From the human T2T-CHM13v2.0 reference genome, Homo sapiens, in assembly GCF_009914755.1 (NCBI RefSeq), contig NC_060940.1: 64,000 nucleotides of DNA; one strand, given 5' to 3'. This document shows, piece after piece, positions 1 through 15,400 of the stretch. Numbering within the stretch: position 1 is the stretch's first letter; every line of letters starts with the position of its first letter. The translations under genes and the position numbers were made by a program. The notes under the pieces are model-generated. The model saw only the letters and a program-made list of their open reading frames with translations. It made no database searches and was not told the origin of the DNA.

Positions 1-2230
1 TTCCATTAGATTCCATTCGATTGTTGCATTCGATTCCCTTCGATGATGATTCCTTTGAATTCCATTCGATTATGATTCCGTATGAATCCATTTGATGATT
101 ATTCCATTGGATTCCTTTCGATGATGATTCCATTCGATTCCATTTGATGATGTTTCTCATGTATTCCATTTGATAATTCCTTTCAATTCCCTTCGATGAT
201 GATTCTTTCGAGTCAATTCGATGATTCTATTCCATTCCCTTCGATGATGATTCCATTTCACTCCATTCGATGATTCCATTCGATTCAATTTGGTGATGAT
301 TCAATTCGATGACATTCGATGACTCCATTCAATTTCATTTGATGATGATTACATTCGAGTCCATTTGATGATTGTATTCCTTTCCTTTTGATGATTATTC
401 CATTCGTGTCTATTCAAAGATTCCATTCTATTCCATTCAATGATGATTCCAATTGATTCCATTCAATGATTATGGCTATCGATTCCACTCGTTGATTCCA
501 TTTGATTCCATTCGATGATTATTCCGTTAGATTCCATTAGGAGATTCCATTCGATTTTATTCAATGATTCCAATTGATTCCATTCAATGATGATTCCATT
601 CCACTCCGTTCAGTGATTCCATTTGAGTCCATTTGAGGATTCCATTCGAGTCCATTTGATGATTCCATTCTTTTCCATTTGATGATGATTCCATTAGGGT
701 CCATTCAATGATTCCATTCGAGTCCATTCGTTAATGCCTTTCGAGTCCTTTTGATCACTACATTCGAGTCCATTCAATGATTCTATTCGATTCCATTCCA
801 TGATGATTCCATTCGAGTTCATTCGATGATTGCATTCGAGTCCATTTGATGATTCCATATGATTCCATTCGACAATGATTCCATTCGTGTCCATTTGATG
901 ATTCCATTCATTTCCTATCGATGAAGATTCCATTCGAGTGTATTCGATGATTCCATTCAAATCCATTCGATGATGATTCCATTCCAGTCCATTCGATCAT
1001 TCCACTTGATTCCATTTGATGACTATTCCATTCAAATCCATTTGATGATTCCATTCGATTCCATTCGATGTTACCATTCCAGTATATACGATGATTCCAC
1101 TCGATTCCATTTGATGATTATTCCATTGGAGTCGACTTAGTGAATCCTTTAGATTCTACTCGAAGATGATTCCATTCGAGTCCATTCGATGATACCATTC
1201 AATTCCATTCGTTGATGCTTCCATTCAAGTGCATTCGATGATATCATTCGATTCCATTTGATGATAATTCCATTTGATTCCATGTGATGATTCTATTCCA
1301 TTCCATTCAATGATAATTCCATTCAATTCAGTGATTCCTCTGGACTCCATTTGATGATGATTCCATTCAATGATTCCATTCGATTCTATTCGAAAATGAT
1401 TCCATTTGAATCCATTTGATGATGATTCCATTCGATTCCATTTGATGATTCCATTCGATTCCATTCGACGATGATTCCATTCGATTCCATTTGATGATTC
1501 CATTCTATTCTATTCGATGATGATTCCATTCGATTCCATTCGATGATGATTGGATTCGATTCCATTTGATGATTTCATTTGATTCCATTCGATGATGATT
1601 TCGATCAATTCCATTCGATGATTCCATTCGATTCCATTTGATAATGATTACATCCGAGTCCATTCGATGATTCCATTTGAGCCCGTTCGATAATTCCATT
1701 TGAGTCCAATCAATGATTCCATTCATTTCCATTCAATGATTCCATTCGAGTCCATTTGATCATTCCGGTAGGGTCCGTTCGATGTTGATTCCATTGGAGT
1801 GCATTCGATGATTCCATTCGAGTCCATTTTAGGATTTGATTCGAGTCCTTTCGATGATTCCATTCGATTCCACTCGATGCGATGATGATTTCATTCGAGT
1901 CCATTCGACACTTCCAATCGATTCCATTTGATGTTTCCATTCGAGTCCAATTGATGATTCCATTCAATTCCATTCGATGATGATTCCGTACGATTCCATT
2001 CTGTGATGATTCCATGTGATTGCATTCAATGATGATTCCTTTCGATTGCATTCGATTATGATTCATTTCGTGTTCATTCTATGGTTCCACAGGTTTCACA
2101 TCGTGTCCATTCCATTATTCCATTCTATTCCATTTGATGATGATTCCATTCGATTCCATTCATTGGTGATTCCACTCAATTCCATTCAATGATTCCATTC
2201 CATTTCTTTCAACAATGATTCCATTAGTTT

Positions 2231-5200
2231 CTATTCGATGATCCACTTGATTCCACTTGACGACGATTCCATTCGTGTCCATTCAATGATTCCATTTGAT
2301 TCCATATGATGATGATTCCATTCGATTCCATACGATGATGATTCCATTCGAGTCCATTCAATGGTGATTCCATTCAATTCCATTCGGTGATTCCTTTCGA
2401 TTCCATTCGATGATGATGGCATTCGATTCCTTTCAATCATTCCCTTTGATTCCACTCAAAGTTGATTTCATTCAAGTCCATTCGATAATTGCATTCGATT
2501 CCATTCTATGATGATTCCATTCGAGTCCATTTGATGATTCCATTCAATTCAAGTCAATGATGTTTCCATTCGATTCCATTCGATGATTCCATTGGATTCC
2601 ATTCGATGATGATTCCATTCAAATCCATTCGATAATTCAATTCAAGTCCATTCGATGATGATTAAAATCGAATCCATTCAAAGATTCCATTCAGTTCCAT
2701 TCGATGATTCCCTTAGATTCCATTCGATGATTCCACTTGATTGCATTTACGATGATTCCATTCGATTCCATGTGATGATTCCATTCAATTCTATTCAATG
2801 ATGTTTCCATTTGATTCCATTCGACCATGATTGCCTTTGATTCCATTCAATGACTCCATTCGGTTCCTTTTGATGATGATTCCGTTCGATTCCATTTCAT
2901 TATTCCATTTGATTCCATTGGATGAGTCCATTCGATTACATTCGATGATTATTCCATTCGAGTGCATTAGATGATTCCATTCGAGTCCATTCGATGATTC
3001 CATTCGATTCCATTCGATGTTGATTCTGTTCAAATCCATTCGATGATTCCACTCGATTCCATTCGATGACTCCAGTTGATCCCATTCGATGATTTCCTTT
3101 GATTCCCTTTGATGATCATTCCATTTGATTCAATTCGGTGATTTCATTTGATTCCATTCAGTGATGTTTCCATTCGACTCCATTCGATGATGATTCCATT
3201 CGACTCCATTCGATTATGATTTCATTCAATTCCATTCGATAATGATTCCCTTCGAGTCCATTCGATGATTCCATTCGATTCCATTCAACGATGATTTGAT
3301 TCGTGTCCATTCGATGATTCCATTTGATTCCACTTGATGATGATTCCATTCGAGTCCATTTGATGATTCCATTCAATTCCATTCTCCGATGATTTCTTTT
3401 GAGCCCATTCAATGCTTCCACTCGATTCCATATGATGATGACTCCATTCGATGAAATTCGATGATGATTCCATTCGCTTGCATTCGATGATGATTCCACT
3501 TGAGTCCATTAGAAGATTCTATTCAATTACATTCCATGACGATTCCGTTCGAGTACATTTGATGATTCCATTAGACTCCATTCGACGATGATTCCATTCG
3601 ATGTTATTCGATGATTCCATTCGATCTCATTCGATGATGATTCCATTCAACTCCATTCGATGTTTCCATTCGAGTTCATTCTATTATTCCATTAGATTCC
3701 ATTCGATGATGATTCCATTCGATTCCATTTGATGATTGCATTCTATTTCATTTGATGATGATTCCATTCGAGTCCACTCGATGATTCCATTCGAGTCCAT
3801 TTAATGAATCCATTGGTTTCAATTCTATGATGATTACATTGGATTCCATTCGTTGATGATTTCATTCGGTTCCATTCAATGATGATTCAATTCAATTCCT
3901 TTCAATGTTTCCATTCAATTCCATACGATGATTATTCCATTTGATTTGATTCGACAGTGAGCCATTCGATTCAATTCCATGATGATTCTATTTGATTCCA
4001 TTGGTTGACATTTCCATTCGATTCCATTCGATGATGATTCCCTTTGATTCCATTCAAAGATGATTCCATTCTAGCCCATTCAATCATTCCATTCGATTCT
4101 ATTCAATGATGATTCCATTCATGTCGATTTGGTGATTCCATTTGACTTCATTTGATGATGATTCCTTTCAAGTTCATTAGATGATTCCATTCGATTCCAT
4201 TTGATGATGATCCCATTCGAGTCCATTCAGTGATTCCACTCGTTTCCATTCCATGATGATTCCATTCCATTCCATGCAATGATTGCATTCGATTCCGTTT
4301 GATGATGATTTCATTCGAGTCCATTTGATGATTCCATTTGATTCCATTCGATGATGATTCCATTCGAGTCCATTCGATGATTCTATTCGAATCCATTTGA
4401 TGATTTCTTTTGATTATAGTTGGTGATGATTCCATTGGAGTCCATTCAATGATTCCATTCGATTCCAATCGATGGTGATTCCATTAGAGTCCATTTAATG
4501 ATTCCATTTGATTCCAGTCTCTGATGATTACATTTGAGTCCATACGATGATTCCACTCAATTCCATATGATGATGATTCCATTCGATTCCATTCGATGAT
4601 TCCATTCTATTCTATTCAATGGTGATTCCATTCGAGTACATTAGATGATTCCATTCGATTCCATTCAATGATGATTCTATTTGTGTCCCTTAGATGATTC
4701 CACATGATTCCATTAGATGATGATACTATTTGAGCCCATCCAATGATTCCCTTCGATTCCATTCGATGAGGATTCCATTCGATTCAATTCATTGGTGATT
4801 CTATTCAATTCAATTCTTTGATTCCATTCCATTCCATTCGACAATGATTCCATTCGATTTCTTTCGATGATTCCACTCGATTCCACTTGACATTGATTCC
4901 CTTCGATTCCATTCAATGATTCCATTTGATTCCAGTGGATGATGATTGCCATCGATTCCATTTGATCACTCCATTCTATTCCACTTGATGATGATTACAT
5001 TCGATTCCATTTGACGATTCCATCTGATTCTATTCGAGGATTCCATTTGATTCCATTCGATGATGATTCCATTCGAGTCCATTCGATGATATCATTCGAG
5101 TACATCCAATGATTCCATTCGAGTCCATTTGATGATTCCATTTGATTCCATTTGATAATGATTCTACTAGAGTCCATTCAATGACTCCATTGGAGTCCAT

Positions 5201-8200
5201 TCAACAATTCCATTCGACTCCATTTGATGATTCCATTGGATTCCATTTGATGATTCCATTCGAGTCCATTTAATCATTACAGTCGAGTCCATTTGGTGAT
5301 TCCACCGGATTTCTTTTGATAATGATACCATTCAATTACATTTGATGATGATCCCATTCAATTTCATTTGATGATGATTCCATTAGAGTCCATTCGATGA
5401 TTTCATTCGAGTCCCTTCATTGATTCCATCCGATTTCATTGGATGATGACTCCATTCGAGTCCATTCGATGATTCCACTCGATTCCATTAGATGATTCCA
5501 TTGGAGTCCATTTGATTGTTCCATTCGATTCCATTCGATTCCTTTCGAAGATTATTCCATTTGAGTCCATTCGATGATGATTCCATTCCATTCCATTCGA
5601 TGATTCCGTTTGATTCCATTCGATGATTCCCTTCGATTCCTTTCTTTGATGATTCCATTCCATTCCATTCAATGATTCCATTCGAATCTATTCCATGATG
5701 ATTCCTTTCGATTCCATTCGCTGATGTTTCCGTTCAATTCCATTCGATGATGATTCCATTCGATTCCATTCATTGAGGATTCCATTTGATTCCATTCAAT
5801 GATGATTCCGTTCTATTCTATTCAATGATTGCATTCAATTCCATTCAGTGATTATCCCCTTAGAGTAAACTCAACGATTCCATTCAATACCATTCGATGA
5901 TGATTCCTTTTGAGTCCATTCAATGATTTCATTCAAGTCCATTTGATGATTCCTTTCAATTCCATTCTATGATGATTCCATTCGAGTCCATTCGATGATT
6001 CCATTCGATTGCATTCGATTATTCCATTATATTCCAGTCAACAATGAATCCATTCGAGTCCATTCGATGATTCCATTAGAGTACATTTAATGATTGCTTT
6101 GTTTTCAATTCGAAGATGACTACATTGGATTCCATTCTATGATACCATTCGATTCCATTCAATGATGATTCCACTCAAATCCATTGGATGATTCCATTCG
6201 TGTCCATTCGGTGATTTCCTTAGATTCCATTCGAGGATGATTCCATTCGATTCCATTCGATGATTCCATTCAATTCCATTCGAGGATGATTCCATTCCAG
6301 TCCATATGATCATTCCATTTGATTTCATTCGATGATGATTCCATTCGATTCCATTCGATGATTCCATTCTATTCCATTCGATGATGATTCCATTCGAGTC
6401 CATTCGATGATTCCATTCGAGTCCATTTAATGATTCCATTGGGTTCAATTCAATGATGATTACATTGGATTCCGTTCTATGATTCCATTCAATTCCGTTC
6501 ATTGACAATTTGATTCCATTCGATGATGATTCCATTTGAGTTCATTCGATGATTCTATTCGATTCTCTTCGATGGTGATTCAATTCTATTATATTGGATG
6601 ATTCCATTCGATTCCATTTGATGTTGATTCAATTCGATTCTATTCGATGATGATTCCATTGGATTTCACTTGATGATTCTATTCGATTCCATTCAATGAT
6701 GATTCACTTCTCGTCCATTGGATGATTCCATTTCATTCCATTCGATGATGATTCCATTCGATTCCATTCGATGATTCCATTTGATTCCATGCGTCGGTGA
6801 GCAATTCGATTCAATTCCATGATGATTCTATTTGATTCAATTAGATGATGTTTCCATTCGAATCCATTCCATGATTATTCCATTGGAATCCATTCGGCGA
6901 TGATTCCATATGAGTCAATTCAATGATGATTCCATATGGGTCCGTTCGATGATAATTCCATTTGATTTCATTCGGTGCTTCTATTCAATTCCAGTCGATG
7001 ATGATTCCGTTGGAGTCCATACGATGATTCCATTTGATTTCATTTGATGATGATTCCATTCGATGATGATTACATTGGATTCCATTCTATGATTCCATTC
7101 AATTCCATTCGTTGATGATTCGATTCCATTCAATGATGATTCCATTTGAGTTCATTCGATGATTCTATTCGATTCCGTTCGATGGTGATTCAATTCTCTT
7201 ATATTGGATGATTCCACTCGATTCCATTTGATGATTATTCCATTGCAGTCCACTTAGGGAATCCTTCAGATTCTTCTCGAAGATGAATCCATTCAAGTCC
7301 ATTCAATCATACCATTCAATTTCATTCGTTGATGCTTCCATTCAAGTGCATTCGATGATATCATTCGATTCCATTTGATGATAATTCCATTTGATTCCAT
7401 GCGATGATTCTATTCGATTCCATTCAATGATAATTCCATTCAGTTCAGTGATTCCTCTGAACTCCATTTGATGATGATTCCATTCAATGATTCCATTCGA
7501 TTCTATTCCAAAATGATTCCATTTGAATCCATTTGATGATGATTCCATTAGATTCCATTTGATGATTCCATTCGATTCCATGCGACGATGATTCCATTCA
7601 ATTCCATGTGATGATTCCATTCTATTCTATTCGATGATGATTCCATTCGATTCCATTCGATGATGATTGGATTCGATTCCATTTGATGATTTCATTTGAT
7701 TCCATTCGTTAATGATTTCGATCAATTCCATTCGATGATTCCATTCGATTCCATTCGATAATGATTACATCCGTGTCCATTCAATGATTCCATTTGAGCC
7801 TGTTCGATAATTCCATTTGAGTCCAACCAATGATTCCATTCATTTCCCTTCAATGATTCCATTCGAGTCCATTTGATCATTCCGGTAGGGTCCATTCGAT
7901 GTTGATTCCATTGGAGTGCATTCGATGATTCCATTCGAGTCTATTTTATGATTTGATTCGAGTCCTTTCGATGATTCCATTCGATTCCACTCGATGATGA
8001 TTTCATTCGAGTCCATTCGACACTTCCAATCGATTCCATTTGATGTTTCCATTCGAGTCCAATTGATGATTCCATTCAATTCCATTCGATGATGATTCCG
8101 TACGATTCCATTCTGTGATGATTCCATGTGATTGCATTCAATGATGATTCCTTTAGATTGCATTCGATTGTGATTCATTTCGTCTTCATTCTATGGTTCC

Positions 8201-8342
8201 ACTGGTTTCCATTCGTGTCCATTCCATTATTCCATTCTATTCCATTTGATGATGATTCCATTCGATTCCATTCATTGGTGATTCCACTCAATTCCATTCA
8301 ATGATTCCATTCCATTTCTTTCAACAATGATTCCATTACTTT
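2231..8342 (+). repeat. One full 6,112-bp higher-order repeat period
   Basis: Landmarks recur at +6112: pseudo-ORF MESKGMIER 2231->8343 and pseudo-ORF end 2791->8903. GATTAAAATCGAATCC is at ~2660 and ~8772. Confidence 0.9.
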
Positions 8343-11300
8343 CTAATCGATGATCCACTTGATTCCATTTGACGACGATTCCATTCTTGTCCATTCGATG
8401 ATTCCATTTGATTCCATATGATGATGATTCCATTCGATTCCATACCATGATGATTCCATTCGAGTCCATTCAATGGTGATTCCATTCAATTCCATTCGAT
8501 GATTCCTTTTGATTCCATTCGATGATGATGGCATTCGATTCCTTTCAATCATACCCTTTGATTCCATTCAAAGGTGATTTCATTCAAGTCCATTCGATAA
8601 TTGCATTCGATTCCATTCTATGATGATTCCATTCGAGTCCATTTGATGATTCCATTCAATTCAAGTCAATGATGATTCCATTCGATTCCATTCGATGATT
8701 CCATTGGATTCCATTCGATGATGATTCCATTCAAATCCATTCGATAATTCAATTCAAGTCCATTCGATGATGATTAAAATCGAATCCATTCAAAGATTCC
8801 ATTCAGTTCCATTCGATGATTCCCTTAGATTCCATTCGATGATTCCACTTGATTTCATTTACGATGATTCCATTTGATTCCATGTGATGATTCCATTCAA
8901 TTCTATTCAATGCTGTTTCCATTTGATTCCATTCGACCATGATTGCCTTTGATTCCATTCAATGACTCCATTCGGTTCCTTTTGATGATGATTCCGTTCG
9001 ATTCCATTTCATTATTCCATTTGATTCCATTGGATGAGTCCATTCGATTACATTCGATGATTATTCCATTCGAGTGCATAAGATGATTCCATTCGAGTCC
9101 ATTCGATGATTCCATTCGATTCCATTCGATGTTGATTCTGTTCAAATCCATTCGATGATTCCACTCGATTCCATTCAGTGATGATTCCATTTGATTCCAT
9201 CTGATGATGATTTCATTTGATTCCATTCGATGATGATTCCATTGGAGTCCATTGAATGATTCAATTCAATTCCATTCCATGTGGATTCCATTCGAATTCA
9301 TTCGATTATTCCATTCAAATCCCTTCGTTGATTCCATCTGATTCCACTTGACGATGATTCCATTCAAGTCCAATCGATGATTCCATTCGGTTCCATTCAG
9401 TGATTCCATTCGAGTCCATTTATGTATTATATTCGTGTCCACTTGATGACTCACTCCATTCAATTCCATTTAATGATGATTCCATTTGATTCCATTTGAT
9501 GATTCAGTTCGATTCCTTACAATGATTCCCTACGATTCCTTTCTATGATGATTCCATTCGATTCCATTCATTGATGATTCCATTCGACTCCATTCGATGA
9601 TGATTCCTTTCGATTCCATTTGACGATGTTTCCATTTGAGTCCATTCGATGATGATTCAATTCAGTTCTGTTCTATTATGAATCCATTCGATTTCATTCA
9701 ATGCTTCTATTTGATTCCATTCGACGATGATTCCATCTCTTTCCCTTCGATGTTTCCATTTGATTCCATTCAGTGATGATTCCATTTGATTCCATCTGAT
9801 GATGATTTCACTTGATTCATTTCAATGATGATTCCATTCAAGTCCATTCGATGATTCCATTGGAGTCCAAACGATCATTCCATTCGATTCCATTCAATGA
9901 TGATTCCATTCATGTCCATTCAATGAATCCTTTCAATTCCATTCGATGATGACTCCATTCGAGTACATTCGATGATTCCATTTGATTCCATTTGATGATG
10001 ATTACATTCAATTCCATTCGAAGATGATTCCATTCAATTCCACTTGATGATGATTCCGTATGAATCCATTCGCTGATTATTCCATTCGATTCCATTCATT
10101 GACGATTCCATTCGATTCCATTCAATGATGATGCTCTTCTATTCCATTCGATGATTCCGGTCGATTCCATTCGATGATGATTCCATTAGATTCCATTCGA
10201 TTGTTGCATTCGATTCCCTTCGATGATGATTCCTTTGAATTCCATTCGATTATGATTCCGTATGAATCCATTTGATGATTATTCCATTGGATTCCTTTCG
10301 ATGATGATTCCATTCGATTCCATTTGATGATGTTTCTCATGTATTCCATTTGATAATTCCTTTCAATTCCCTTCGATGATGATTCTTTCGAGTCAATTCG
10401 ATGATTCTATTCCATTCCCTTCGATGATGATTCCATTTCACTCCATTCGATGATTCCATTCGATTCAATTTGGTGATGATTCAATTCGATGACATTCGAT
10501 GACTCCATTCAATTTCATTTGATGATGATTACATTCGAGTCCATTTGATGATTGTATTCCTTTCCTTTTGATGATTATTCCATTCGTGTCTATTCAAAGA
10601 TTCCATTCTATTCCATTCAATGATGATTCCAATTGATTCCATTCAATGATTATGGCTATCGATTCCACTCGTTGATTCCATTTGATTCCATTCGATGATT
10701 ATTCCGTTAGATTCCATTAGGAGATTCCATTCGATTTTATTCAATGATTCCAATTGATTCCATTCAATGATGATTCCATTCGACTCCATTCAGTGATTCC
10801 ATTTGAGTCCATTTGATGATTCCATTCGAGTCCATTTGATGATTCCATTCTTTTCCATTTGATGATGATTCCATTAGGGTCCATTCAATGATTCCATTCG
10901 AGTCCATTCGTTAATGCCTTTCGAGTCCTTTTGATCACTACATTCGAGTCCATTCAATGATTCTATTCGATTCCATTCCATGATGATTCCATTCGAGTTC
11001 ATTCGATGATTGCATTCGAGTCCATTTGATGATTCCATAAGATTCCATTCGACAATGATTCCATTCGTGTCCATTTGATGATTCCATTCATTTCCTATCG
11101 ATGAAGATTCCATTCGAGTGTATTCGATGATTCCATTCAAATCCATTCGATGATGATTCCATTCCAGTCCATTCGATCATTCCACTTGATTCCATTTGAT
11201 GACTATTCCATTCAAATCCATTTGATGATTCCATTCGATTCCATTCGATGTTACCATTCCAGTATATACGATGATTCCACTCGATTCCATTTGATGATTA

Positions 11301-12410
11301 TTCCATTGGAGTCGACTTAGTGAATCCTTTAGATTCTACTCGAAGATGATTCCATTCGAGTCCATTCGATGATACCATTCAATTCCATTCGTTGATGCTT
11401 CCATTCAAGTGCATTCGATGATATCATTCGATTCCATTTGATGATAATTCCATTTGATTCCATGTGATGATTCTATTCCATTCCATTCAATGATAATTCC
11501 ATTCAATTCAGTGATTCCTCTGGACTCCATTTGATGATGATTCCATTCAATGATTCCATTCGATTCTATTCGAAAATGATTCCATTTGAATCCATTTGAT
11601 GATGATTCCATTCGATTCCATTTGATGATTCCATTCGATTCCATTCGACGATGATTCCATTCGATTCCATTTGATGATTCCATTCTATTCTATTCGATGA
11701 TGATTCCATTCGATTCCATTCGATGATGATTGGATTCGATTCCATTTGATGATTTCATTTGATTCCATTCGATGATGATTTCGATCAATTCCATTCGATG
11801 ATTCCATTCGATTCCATTTGATAATGATTACATCCGAGTCCATTCGATGATTCCATTTGAGCCCGTTCGATAATTCCATTTGAGTCCAATCAATGATTCC
11901 ATTCATTTCCATTCAATGATTCCATTCGAGTCCATTTGATCATTCCGGTAGGGTCCGTTCGATGTTGATTCCATTGGAGTGCATTCGATGATTCCATTCG
12001 AGTCCATTTTAGGATTTGATTCGAGTCCTTTCGATGATTCCATTCGATTCCACTCGATGCGATGATGATTTCATTCGAGTCCATTCGACACTTCCAATCG
12101 ATTCCATTTGATGTTTCCATTCGAGTCCAATTGATGATTCCATTCAATTCCATTCGATGATGATTCCGTACGATTCCATTCTGTGATGATTCCATGTGAT
12201 TGCATTCAATGATGATTCCTTTCGATTGCATTCGATTATGATTCATTTCGTGTTCATTCTATGGTTCCACAGGTTTCACATCGTGTCCATTCCATTATTC
12301 CATTCTATTCCATTTGATGATGATTCCATTCGATTCCATTCATTGGTGATTCCACTCAATTCCATTCAATGATTCCATTCCATTTCTTTCAACAATGATT
12401 CCATTAGTTT
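8343..12410 (+). repeat. 4,068-bp variant higher-order unit
   Basis: Landmark 8343 recurs at 12411. A junction at ~9170 (CCACTCGATTCCATTC|AGTGATG) jumps from sequence equivalent to ~3060 to sequence equivalent to ~21105. Confidence 0.8.
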
Positions 12411-15400
12411 CTAATCGATGATCCACTTGATTCCATTTGACGATGATTCCATTCTTGTCCATTCGATGATTCCATTTGATTCCATATGATGATGATTCCA
12501 TTCGATTCCATACGATGATGATTCCATTCGAGTCCATTCAATGGTGATTCCATTCAATTCCATTCGATGATTCCTTTCGATTCCATTTGATGATGATGGC
12601 ATTCGATTCCTTTCAATCATTCCCTTTGATTCCACTCAAAGGTGATTTCATTCAAGTCCATTCGATAATTGCATTCGATTCCATTCTATGATGATTCCAT
12701 TCGAGTCCATTTGATGATTCCATTCAATTCAAGTCAATGATGATTCCATTCGATTCCATTCGATGATTCCATTGGATTCCATTCGATGATGATTCCATTC
12801 AAATCCATTCGATAATTCAATTCACGTCCATTCGATGATGATTCCAATCGAATCCATTCAAAGATTCCATTCAATTTCATTCGATGATTCCCTTAGATTC
12901 CATTCGATGATTCCACTTGATTCCATTTACGATGATTCCATTCGATTCCATGTGATGATTCCATTCAATTCTATTCAATGATGTTTCCATTTGATTCCAT
13001 TCGACCATGATTGCCTTTGATTCCATTCAATGATTCCATTCGGTTCCGTTTGATGATGATTCCGTTCGATTCCATTTGATGATTCCATTTGATTCCATTG
13101 GATGAGTCCATTCGATTACATTCGATGATTATTCCATTCGAGTGCATTAGATGATTCCATTCGAGTCCATTCGATGATTCCATTCGAGTCCATTCGATGA
13201 TTCCATTCGATTCCATTCGATGTTGATTCTGTTCAAATCCATTCGATGATTCCACTCGATTCCATTCGATGACTCCATTTGATCCCATTCGATGATTTCC
13301 TTTGATTCCCTTTGATGATCATTCCATTTGATTCAATTCGGTGATTTCATTGGATTCCATTCAGTGATGTTTCCATTCGACTCCATTCGATGATGATTCC
13401 ATTCGACTACATTCGATTATGATTTCATTCAATTCCATTCGATAAAGATTCCCTTCGAGTCCAATCGATGATTCCATTCGATTCCATTCAACGATGATTT
13501 GATTCGTGTCCATTCGATGATTCCATTTGATTCCACTTGATGAGGATTCCATTCGAGTCCATTTGATGATTCCATTCAATTCCATTCTCCGATGATTTCT
13601 TTTGAGCCCATTCAATGCTTCCACTCGATTCCATATGATGATGACTCCATTCGATGAAACTCGATGATGATTCCATTCGCTTGCATTCGATGATGATTCC
13701 ACTTGAGTCCGTTAGAAGATTCTATTCAATTACATTCCATGACGATTCCGTTCGAGTCCATTTGATGATTCCATTAGACTCCATTCCACGATGATTCCAT
13801 TCGATGTTATTCGATGATTCCATTCGATCTCATTCGTTGATGATTCCATTCAACTCCATTCGATGTTTCCATTCGAGTTCATTCTATTATTCCATTAGAT
13901 TCCATTCGATGATGATTCCATTCGATTCCATTTGATGATTGCATTCTATTTCATTTGATGAGGATTCCATTCGAGTCCACTCGATGATTCCATTCGAGTC
14001 CATTTAATGAATCCATTGGTTTCAATTCTATGATGATTACATTGGATTCCATTCGTTGATGATTTCATTCGGTTCCATTCAATGATGATTCCATTCAATT
14101 CCTTTCAATGTTTCCATTCAATTCCATACGATGATGATTCCATTTGATTTGATTCGACAGTGAGCCATTCGATTCAATTCCATGATGATTCTATTTGATT
14201 CACTTGGTTGACATTTCCATTCGATTCCATTCGATGATGATTCCATTTGATTCCATTCAAAGATGATTCCATTCTAGCCCATTCAATCATTCCATTCGAT
14301 TCTATTCAATGATGATTCCATTCATGTCGATTTGGTGATTCAATTTGACTTCATTTGATGATGATTCCTTTCAAGTTCATTAGATGATTCCATTCGATTC
14401 CATTTGATGATGATCCCATTCGAGTCCATTCAGTGATTCCACTCGTTTCCATTCCATGATGATTCCATTCCATTCCATTCAATGATTCCATTCGATTCCG
14501 TTTGATGATGATTTCATTCGAGTCCATTTGATGATTCCATTTGATTCCATTCGATGATGATTCCATTCGAGTCCATTCGATGATTCTATTCGAATCCATT
14601 TGATGATTTCTTTTGATTATATTTGGTGATGATTCCATTGGAGTCCATTCAATGATTCCATTCGATTCCAATCGATGATGATTCCATTAGAGTCCATTTA
14701 ATGATTCCATTTGATTCCAGTCTCTGATGTTTACATTCGAGTCCATACGATGATTCCACTCAATTCCATATGATGATGATTCCATTCGATTCCATTCGAT
14801 GATTCCATTCTATTCTATTCAATGGTGATTCCATTCGAGTACATTAGATGATTCCATTCGATTCCATTCAATGATGATTCTATTTGTGTCCCTTAGATGA
14901 TTCCACATGATTCCATTAGATGATGATACTATTTGAGCCCATCCAATGATTCCCTTCGATTCCATTCGATGAGGATTCCATTCGATTCAATTCATTGGTG
15001 ATTCTATTCAATTCAATTCTTTGATTCAATTCCATTCCATTCGACAATGATTCCATTCGATTTCTTTCGATGATTCCACTCAATTTCACTCGACATTGAT
15101 TCCATTCGATTCCATTCAATGATTCCATTTGATTCCAGTGGATGATGATTGCCGTCGATTCCATTCGATCACTCCATTCTGTTCCATTTGATGATGATTA
15201 CATTCGATTCCATTTGATGATTCCATCTGACTCTATTCGAGGATTCCATTTGATTCCATTCGATGATGATTCCATTCGAGTCCATTCGATGATTTCATTC
15301 GAGTACATCCAATGATTCCATTCGAGTCCATTTGATGATTCCATTTCATTCCATTTGATTATGATTCTACTAGAGTCCATTCAATGACTCCATTCGAGTC

